DNA of 64,000 nt, taken from assembly GCA_030041275.1 (NCBI GenBank), contig JASHOE010000287.1, positions 12,041 through 76,040 of the forward strand, given 5' to 3'. The notes beneath the pieces were generated by a model. That model did no database searches. It saw only the letters and a program-made list of their open reading frames with translations, and was not told the DNA's origin. This document shows positions 33,951 through 40,228 of this stretch, one piece after another. The stretch's first letter is position 1; every line of letters starts with the position of its first letter. The stretch comes from Streptosporangiaceae bacterium (GTDB lineage: Bacteria > Actinomycetota > Actinomycetes > Streptosporangiales > Streptosporangiaceae). The translations under genes and the position numbers were made by a program.

Positions 33951-34076
33951 ACGTGACGTTCTGGCGCCACGTCACACTCTCGCGCCCTGTGACGTTCTGG
34001 CGCCCTGTGACGTTCTGGCGCCCTGTCACGATCAGGTGCCCTGTGACGCTCTGGAGCCCTGTGACGCTCAGGTGCC
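33951..34076. repeat. Tandem array, 7 copies of an 18-bp unit (consensus CTGTGACGTTCTGGCGCC)
   Basis: Read directly with unit boundaries at 33951, 33969, 33987, 34005, 34023, 34041 and 34059. Units 3 and 4 are identical, the others differ at 2-6 positions. Starts 30 nt beyond the stop of the REC-ANTAR gene, in a convergent gap. Confidence 0.9.
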
Positions 34077-34105
34077 GATCTGCCCCGGCGGGTCAGCGCG
34101 CCGGC

Positions 34106-34735
34106 TTAAGCCCCAGGCGAGCCGTTGGTCGGTTGCCCTTGCGACTGCGCGGTGGGCTGCGCCGCCTGGGCCAGGACCTCCTCGGCCACCGCGCGCATCG
34201 TCTGGCGGCGGTCCATCGACGTCTTCTGGATCCACCGGAAAGCCTGTGCCTCGGTCATGCCGCGGCTGTCCTGCAGCGCGCCTTTGGCACGGTCGAGCAG
34301 CTTGCGCACCTCCAGGCGGTCGCGCAGACTCGCCGCTTCGGCGTTCAGCGCCGCGATCTCGGCGAACCGACTCGCAGCCACCTCGATGGCCGGCACGAGG
34401 TCAGCCTTGGTGAACGGCTTGATCAGGTAAGCCATCGCCCCGGCCTCGCTGGCCCGCTGCACGAGGTCCCGCTGCGAGAACGCGGTGAGAATGATCACAG
34501 GCGCCAGTTGGCTCTCGGTGATGCGCTCGGCAGCTGAGATACCGTCCAGGCCGGGCATCTTGACGTCGAGGATCACGAGGTCGGGCTTCAGCTCCTCGGC
34601 CAGCTTGACCGCGGTCTCACCATCCCCGGCCTCGCCGGCGACGACATAGCCTTCCTCTTCTAGCATCTCGCGCAGATCGAGCCTGATCAGCGCCTCGTCC
34701 TCGGCGATCACGACATTGAAGGGCGTCTTGGTCAC
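34106..34735 (-). CDS. pdtaR: Response regulator with REC and ANTAR (RNA-binding antiterminator) domains
   Basis: VVIAEDEALIRLDLREMLEEEGYVVAGEAGDG...DLVILDVKMPGLDG (REC), then the ANTAR segment LEVRKLLDRAKGALQDSRGMTEAQAFRWIQKTSMDRRQTM. Next to polA, as PdtaR is in mycobacteria. I start at GTG 34735, which has no SD but has TACGCT (TANNNT) ending 6 nt upstream, suggesting a leaderless mRNA. The ORF opening at 34810 would overlap the tRNA-like gene. Confidence 0.85.
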   Translation of the reverse strand: MTKTPFNVVIAEDEALIRLDLREMLEEEGYVVAGEAGDGETAVKLAEELKPDLVILDVKMPGLDGISAAERITESQLAPVIILTAFSQRDLVQRASEAGAMAYLIKPFTKADLVPAIEVAASRFAEIAALNAEAASLRDRLEVRKLLDRAKGALQDSRGMTEAQAFRWIQKTSMDRRQTMRAVAEEVLAQAAQPTAQSQGQPTNGSPGA

Positions 34736-34795
34736 GAGCGAAGCGTACCGAAGGCCCGGTACATTAGCGCTCAGCGCCCGCCTGGCGAGGCGCAC

Positions 34796-34870
34796 GCCCC
34801 GGTACCCCAACCGGTAGCAGGGAGCGGTCTCAAAAGCCGTACAGTGTGGGTTCGAATCCCACCCGGGGCA
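34796..34870 (+). tRNA. Atypical tRNA-like gene, anticodon CAA by position (Leu), class-I length
   Basis: Hand-folded cloverleaf. Acceptor GCCCCGG/CCGGGGC. D-arm CCC(C)-AACCGGTAGC-(A)GGG. Anticodon stem GCGGT/GCCGT with loop CTCAAAA. Variable loop ACAGT. T-arm GTGGG-TTCGAAT-CCCAC. Discriminator A, no encoded CCA. Atypical features are C at position 10 and the missing long variable arm. Confidence 0.6.
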
Positions 34871-34878
34871 CTCGAGCT

Positions 34879-34929
34879 GTTAGCGTTTGGGATTCTCAGC
34901 AACTACCGCTGAGGATCTCAAACGTTAAC
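34879..34929 (+). terminator. 21-bp stem / 9-nt loop hairpin after the tRNA-like gene
   Basis: GTTAGCGTTTGGGATTCTCAG - CAACTACCG - CTGAGGATCTCAAACGTTAAC. 18 Watson-Crick pairs plus 3 positions that are G-U wobbles only in the plus-sense RNA (C-A mismatches in the minus sense). No U-tract. Confidence 0.5.
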
Positions 34930-34953
34930 GATGAGCGCCGCTCCGCCAGCCCC

Positions 34954-35691
34954 TCAGCCAGCCATCGTCAGGCCGCCGCTGACGCTGAGCACCTGCCCGG
35001 TGACGTACCTGGCCATATCGGAGGCGAAGAACAGCACCGCGTCGGCGATCTCGGCCGGCTGCGCCACCCGCCGGAACGGGATGGCCCTGATCAGCGCCGC
35101 ACGCATGCCTTCGGGCAGCGACTGGAACAACGGCGTGTCTGTCGGGCCGGGACAAACGCAGTTGACGTTGATCTGGTACCTGGCCAGTTCGCGAGCCAGC
35201 GACTTGGTGAACGCGATCAGGCCGCCCTTGGCACCCGCGTAGACGGTCTCCCCCGCGCTGCCCACCCGGCCGGCGTCACTGGCCACGTTGACGATCTTGC
35301 CGCCCCGGCCGGCCTCGATCATCGGTTGCAGGAAGGCATGCGAGACGCGCACGTGGCCGACGTAGTTGATGTCCACGACGTCCCGCCAGAACTGCTCGTC
35401 CGTCTCCAGAAACGGGCCGGGCCGGTCCCAGCCTGCCGCGTTCACCAGGATCGTTGGCGCGCCAAGGCGGCGCACCACGTCGTCGCGCGCGGCACCGATC
35501 GACGAATCCGACGTCAGGTCGAGGAACACGGCGGTCATGCGGTCGTGCGCTGCCGCCGTCTGCTCAGCGCCCGCGAGATCGCGGTCGGCCGCGGCGACGA
35601 CGGCCCCGTTCCCGGCCAGAGCGGTGGCGATGGCCCGGCCGATTCCGGAGCCGGCACCCGTGATCAAGGCGATGTCATTGCTGCAGTCCAC
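34954..35691 (-). CDS. Short-chain dehydrogenase/reductase (FabG-like)
   Basis: ALITGAGSGIGRAIA glycine motif, NAAG, catalytic YAGAKGG (YxxxK). 245 aa. Confidence 0.85.
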   Translation of the reverse strand: MDCSNDIALITGAGSGIGRAIATALAGNGAVVAAADRDLAGAEQTAAAHDRMTAVFLDLTSDSSIGAARDDVVRRLGAPTILVNAAGWDRPGPFLETDEQFWRDVVDINYVGHVRVSHAFLQPMIEAGRGGKIVNVASDAGRVGSAGETVYAGAKGGLIAFTKSLARELARYQINVNCVCPGPTDTPLFQSLPEGMRAALIRAIPFRRVAQPAEIADAVLFFASDMARYVTGQVLSVSGGLTMAG

Positions 35692-35723
35692 GCCAGCATT
35701 GTGCCGCGAGCCGCACCGGAACG

Positions 35724-36476
35724 TCAGCGGGGCGTGAGGCGGCCGTCGTCGAGGGCGAGTACCTCGTCTGCCATGTCGAGCAGCGCGGGGTCGTGGGTCG
35801 CGACCAGCACCGTGATGCCCTCAGCCGCGACCACGGTGCGCAGCAGCCGCATGATCTGCCTGCCGGTCTCTGAGTCGAGCTGGCCGGTGGGCTCGTCGGC
35901 GATGAGCAACTCGGGCTGCACGGCCAGTGCCCGCGCGATGGCGACCCGCTGCTGCTGGCCGCCCGACAGCTCACCCGGCCGCTGGTTGACGTGCTGATCC
36001 AGCCCGACGACGCTCAGCAGCAGCCGAACCCGCTCTTCCCGCTCGGCTCGCGGCGTCCGCGCGATCCGCAGCGGAATGCCGACGTTTTCCGCCGCGGTCA
36101 GCATCGGAATCAGGCCGAACGACTGGAAGATGAACGAGATCGTGCTGCGGCGCAGCAGGGTGCGCTCGCCCGCGGACATGGCCGACACATCCCGGCCGCC
36201 GACCATCACCAGGCCGCTCGTGGGGCTGTCCAGCCCGCCGACGATGTTGAGCAGCGTCGTTTTACCAGAACCAGACCGGCCGATCAGCGCGACCAGCTGG
36301 CCACGCCGGATAGTGAACGAGACGCCGCGCACGGCGTGCACCGCCGTGTTGCCGTGTCCGAACGTGCGGGTGATGTCGCGCGCCTCGACCATGAGGGACG
36401 CCGTGCTGAGGGCCACCCCCGCCGATCCCGTGAGCGACCCGTCGTCCGGTCCGGTCACCGCGTCTGTCGAAGTCAT
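35724..36476 (-). CDS. ABC transporter ATP-binding protein (MacB/LolD/FtsE-like)
   Basis: GRSGSGKTTLLN Walker [16 protein letters not shown] signature, LLIADEPTGQLD Walker B. ATG 36476 overlaps the upstream ATPase stop (ATGA). The ORF opening at 36551 is an Arg-rich extension. Confidence 0.9.
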   Translation of the reverse strand: MTSTDAVTGPDDGSLTGSAGVALSTASLMVEARDITRTFGHGNTAVHAVRGVSFTIRRGQLVALIGRSGSGKTTLLNIVGGLDSPTSGLVMVGGRDVSAMSAGERTLLRRSTISFIFQSFGLIPMLTAAENVGIPLRIARTPRAEREERVRLLLSVVGLDQHVNQRPGELSGGQQQRVAIARALAVQPELLIADEPTGQLDSETGRQIMRLLRTVVAAEGITVLVATHDPALLDMADEVLALDDGRLTPR

Positions 36477-37489
36477 CGGGTCCCCCGCTCGGTACCGCCC
36501 GTGGCCGGCGCGCCGCCCGGCGGATTGGGCCCGGCTAGCCGGTCGGCCCACACGCTGATGTGGTCCGACTCCGATTCCAGTCGCACCAGATCCCGCATCT
36601 GATGCTGCTCCACCATGTCTCGCGGCAACTGGACGCGGCCAACCCGGTCCAGAACGGCGTACTCGACCGCGTGCCTGACCGCGTTGCCAAGCTCGTCGGC
36701 CGCGTCGTGCCGGAGTGTCTCGGTGCTGGTCCGGCCGTCCCTGATCGCCACCGTGCGCCGCACCTGTGCCGACACGGCCGGGTCGTGCGTGACCACCAGG
36801 ACGGTGGCACCGAGCTCGGTGTTGGCGGTCTGCAACGCGGCGAACACCTCCTGCGCCGTCCGGCTGTCGAGCTCGCCGGTCGGCTCGTCCGCCAGCAGCA
36901 GCCGCGGGGTGTTCGCGAGCGCGGTCGCGATGGCGGCACGCTGCTGCTCGCCACCGGACATCCGGTCCGGGGTCCGGTTCGCGCAGTGCGCGACCCCGAA
37001 TACCTCGAGCAGTTCCATCGCCTTGCTGCCGCGACGCCGCCGGCTAACGCCGCTGAGCCGCATCGGCGTGGTGACGTTCTGCCGAGCCGTCAGGTAAGGC
37101 AGCAGGTTTCTGGCGGCCTGCTGCCACACGAAGCCCACCTGCCGCCGCCGGTAGCCGAGCCGCTCCCGCGCGCTGAGCGAGCCGAGGTCGTGGCCCGCCA
37201 CCCGAACCCGGCCTGCGGTCGGAGTGTCGAGCCCGGCCAGGATGTTCATCAGCGTCGACTTGCCGCTGCCCGATGCCCCGACCATGGCCACGAGCTCACC
37301 TTCCTCGATCAGCAGGTCCAGGCCTTGCAGCGCCTGCACCTCGATGCCCGCCCCGGTGTAGATGCGGACGACCTGATCACAGACGACCAGCGCGCCCTCA
37401 CCGTAGCTGGAGTGCGCCCGCCGCGCCTCGGCGCCCAGCTCCGCGATCCCGTCGGCGGCCTTGATCCCGGCGCCCGCAGGTACCGTCAT
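36473..37489 (-). CDS. ABC transporter ATP-binding protein with ~78-aa C-terminal extension
   Basis: GASGSGKSTLMN, MSGGEQQRAAIATAL, LLLADEPTGELD. After residue ~260 comes an extra segment, EYAVLDRVGRVQLPRDMVEQHQMRDLVRLESESDHISVW, then a Pro/Gly tail. Confidence 0.9.
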   Translation of the reverse strand: MTVPAGAGIKAADGIAELGAEARRAHSSYGEGALVVCDQVVRIYTGAGIEVQALQGLDLLIEEGELVAMVGASGSGKSTLMNILAGLDTPTAGRVRVAGHDLGSLSARERLGYRRRQVGFVWQQAARNLLPYLTARQNVTTPMRLSGVSRRRRGSKAMELLEVFGVAHCANRTPDRMSGGEQQRAAIATALANTPRLLLADEPTGELDSRTAQEVFAALQTANTELGATVLVVTHDPAVSAQVRRTVAIRDGRTSTETLRHDAADELGNAVRHAVEYAVLDRVGRVQLPRDMVEQHQMRDLVRLESESDHISVWADRLAGPNPPGGAPATGGTERGTR

Positions 37490-37510
37490 GCTCGTCTCCT
37501 CACGTGTGCC

Positions 37511-40228
37511 TCACTCGCCCATTCGGAGGGAACGGGCTGCGTTCCGGTCGGTGAGCATCGTCTGGCCAGTCAGCGTGGCGATCGCCAGGGCCAGCAATCC
37601 CACGCCGGCGATCACCAGCCAGAAGGGCTGGATCTGCACCTGGACACTGCTGCCAGACCCGGTGAAGACTTGCAGGCTGAGCGCGGGTGCGATCAGCGGC
37701 ACCAGCCCGGCCGCGCAGGCCAGGCCACCCACCAGCACAGCCAGCAGCTGCGGCAACAGCTCGACCAGGCCCAGCAGCCGAGCCTGCGTGCCCGACAGCC
37801 CCATCGTCGCCACCCGCGCCAGGGCAAGCTGGCGCGCCGACGCCGACAGCAGCAGGCTCAGCAGCAGCACGAGCAGACCGCAGACACCAGCCGCAGCGCC
37901 GCCGAGGGTCAGCGCGAGAACGGCTCCGTGCTGCAGTGGCGCGTTTTCGAGCCCAGCGAGCAGCTGAGATCGGAACACGACATCGCCGCCGCGGCCGTAT
38001 CGCGCGACCACCGCGGCCAGCGCCGCCCGGTTCAAGTCCGCCCCGCCGACAAGGAGCGTGGTCGGCAGCGGGGCCGCGTCGCCGAGCGCCTGAGTCGGCA
38101 GCACGAGATAGCCGGCGGACAGGTTCGTGACAGCCGACATGCTCGCGGCCGTCCCGATCACGCGCGAGCGGATGGTGTGGTCGGAGATGAGCACACCGAC
38201 CGTGCTGCGACCGAACTGGCCTGCGAGTCCCGGTGTTGCCAGCGCTGCTACCACGCCATCCTTCGCCGGCGCGGTGAATGCGGCCGGCGGCTGCGACAGC
38301 GGACTGCCCGCGACAAGGGCCGCGTACTGGTCCGGCTCGACCGCGAGCACGTTGAACTGGCGGCCGCCGGAGGCGCTAGCCAGGGCGATTCCGCCCACTG
38401 CGACGTGCTGAACGCCAGGCACCTTGCCGACCGCACGCTGCAGCGCCCCGGTGACGGTTCCAGGCACGTTGATCACCGCGTCGGCACCGGCCTGCTGCCA
38501 GGAGGTAGCGACCTGGCCGCGGACCACAGCCCCGCGCACCATTCCGGCGAACGACACCAGAGCCAGGGCAAGGACCAGGGCGAATGCTGGCAGGGCGGCC
38601 GAGGCCGACGTGCGAGCTGCCCTCGCCAGGCCGAGAAACATCGCGGCGCTCGCGCGCTGGCCGCGCAGCCGCAAGACGCCACGGACCACCAGCGGGTAGA
38701 TACGGACCAGGATGACGGCGACGCCAACCGCGAGCAGCACCGGCGCGGCACTGGCGTAGACGTCGCCGCTCGCGCCGCTGCCCTCGTAGCGCAGCACAAG
38801 CAGGCCGCCGGCCGCGCCCGCGACCAGCGCGGCCTCGACGATCAAGCGGCGGATCGAGGACAGCCGCCCAGTCGGCTGGTCAGCCCGGACGATCGCCGCG
38901 TAGCCGCGATGGGCCCGCACCGTGATAAGCACCGGACCGGCCAGCGCCGCAGCCAGCACCAGCCCGGCGAGCCACCAGCTCAGCGGGACCGAGCTCGCGG
39001 GCGTCACGACCACCGCCACGACCGCGCCCGCGACACAACCCGGCACCGCCGTCACCGCCGTACCACCGAGGACCGCGAGGCCGAGCTGCCGCCGGGATGC
39101 GCCGCGGGCCCGCAGCGCCGCGAGCTCCTGCCGTCGCTGCTCGGTCAGCAGCCATCCGGCCAGCAGCACGACCACCGCGGCTACCACGGCGAGGCTGACC
39201 GAGAGCAGGTCGAGCACGCTGTCCACGGACGCAGCCTCGGTCTCGAAGTCCGCGATCAGCTGTCCCGTTCCTGAACTGAGCGCGACCAGTATCGGGATCG
39301 GCGCGCCGCCCTGGCTGCCGTTCACCGTGATGCGCCCCCCGCTGATGAGCGCCCCGTTCAGCGCCGGCTGCAACTGCTCTGCCTGCGCAGCGGTGAAGTT
39401 GCCGAGGGCCAGCGGGAAGATCCAGGTCACCTGCGTTTGGCTGATGTTGATCTGGCTTTGCAGGGCGCGGACCGCGGCAGCCGCGACGAACACGCCAGCG
39501 CTCCAGTAAGCATGGCCGAAGCTCGTCGGGTTCTGCAGCTCTGGAGTGGCAACGAGCGGGTCGATGGTCCAGAACGGCGCGGCCGGCTCGCGGGGCTGGA
39601 CGATAGCCGTGATGGCCAGCACCAGGGTCGTGCCTGGCAGCGGCAGGCGTGAGCCCACCTTGAGGCCGAACCGGCGCGCCGTCGTCGCGGTGACCGCGGC
39701 TTGCAGGGTCACGGCGGACCCGCTGCCTGCGTCGCCAGCAGGCAACCGCCCGGCGATGACGCGGACGTTGCGCGCGAGCGCGTCACGGTAGCTGAGCTCC
39801 ACCTTGGGCGGCTGGGCCGCCATGGCCGAGGGTGCGTAGCCGGTGACGCTCAGGAACGGCGTCGTCAGGCTGCTCCAGTCCGTCGCTGCCGGGGTGAGCG
39901 GCAGGGTCTGCTGGTTCGGCAGGTTCAGCAGGTTGCCGCGTAGCTGCACCTTGGTCTGCTCGATGAGCCCGGCGTCCAGACCGAGTGGCTGGCCGACGCC
40001 GAGTGTGTTGTCAGAGACGGTGCCCATGATGGTCTTGTCACCGGCCGGCGCGGTGGCGATGAGCTGCCGAAAGGCACCGGTGCGCAGCTGCGCGGCGGCC
40101 CGCGGGCCGACCACAGCCAGCAGGGTGCACAGGCAGACCAGAAGCCCGAGCGCCGCGGCCGCAGTCGACGCTGATCCGGTCAGCGCGCGCCACCAGACCC
40201 GAGCCTGGCTGCCTAGCCGTCGCATCAT
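37511..40228 (-). CDS. ABC transporter permease with two FtsX-type modules (905 aa)
   Basis: Two copies of the FtsX signature: EQRRQELAALRARGASRRQLGLAVLGG and ASARQLALARVATMGLSGTQARLLGLVE. Each is preceded by a large extracytoplasmic segment and TM helices. ATG 40228 overlaps the upstream permease stop (ATGA). The ORF-track extension to 40762 is an Arg-rich overlap and was rejected. Confidence 0.8.
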   Translation of the reverse strand: MMRRLGSQARVWWRALTGSASTAAAALGLLVCLCTLLAVVGPRAAAQLRTGAFRQLIATAPAGDKTIMGTVSDNTLGVGQPLGLDAGLIEQTKVQLRGNLLNLPNQQTLPLTPAATDWSSLTTPFLSVTGYAPSAMAAQPPKVELSYRDALARNVRVIAGRLPAGDAGSGSAVTLQAAVTATTARRFGLKVGSRLPLPGTTLVLAITAIVQPREPAAPFWTIDPLVATPELQNPTSFGHAYWSAGVFVAAAAVRALQSQINISQTQVTWIFPLALGNFTAAQAEQLQPALNGALISGGRITVNGSQGGAPIPILVALSSGTGQLIADFETEAASVDSVLDLLSVSLAVVAAVVVLLAGWLLTEQRRQELAALRARGASRRQLGLAVLGGTAVTAVPGCVAGAVVAVVVTPASSVPLSWWLAGLVLAAALAGPVLITVRAHRGYAAIVRADQPTGRLSSIRRLIVEAALVAGAAGGLLVLRYEGSGASGDVYASAAPVLLAVGVAVILVRIYPLVVRGVLRLRGQRASAAMFLGLARAARTSASAALPAFALVLALALVSFAGMVRGAVVRGQVATSWQQAGADAVINVPGTVTGALQRAVGKVPGVQHVAVGGIALASASGGRQFNVLAVEPDQYAALVAGSPLSQPPAAFTAPAKDGVVAALATPGLAGQFGRSTVGVLISDHTIRSRVIGTAASMSAVTNLSAGYLVLPTQALGDAAPLPTTLLVGGADLNRAALAAVVARYGRGGDVVFRSQLLAGLENAPLQHGAVLALTLGGAAAGVCGLLVLLLSLLLSASARQLALARVATMGLSGTQARLLGLVELLPQLLAVLVGGLACAAGLVPLIAPALSLQVFTGSGSSVQVQIQPFWLVIAGVGLLALAIATLTGQTMLTDRNAARSLRMGE

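Noticed and set aside
33951-34076. Possible CRISPR array
   Set aside because: The units are directly abutting with no spacers, the period is only 18 bp, and no cas genes are present.
33803-34537. ORF translating the 18-bp array as a hexapeptide repeat (PVTFWR...)
   Set aside because: The frame has no stop until well inside the conserved REC-ANTAR gene on the opposite strand (over 400 nt of overlap). Upstream composition is non-coding-like. I treat the periodicity as a DNA/RNA repeat, not a repeat protein.
36560-39274. 904-aa ORF on the plus strand
   Set aside because: It runs antisense to the two ABC ATPase genes and a permease that have clear Walker and FtsX motifs. Its translation is an Arg/Gly/His/Pro-rich low-complexity string typical of shadow ORFs in very GC-rich DNA.
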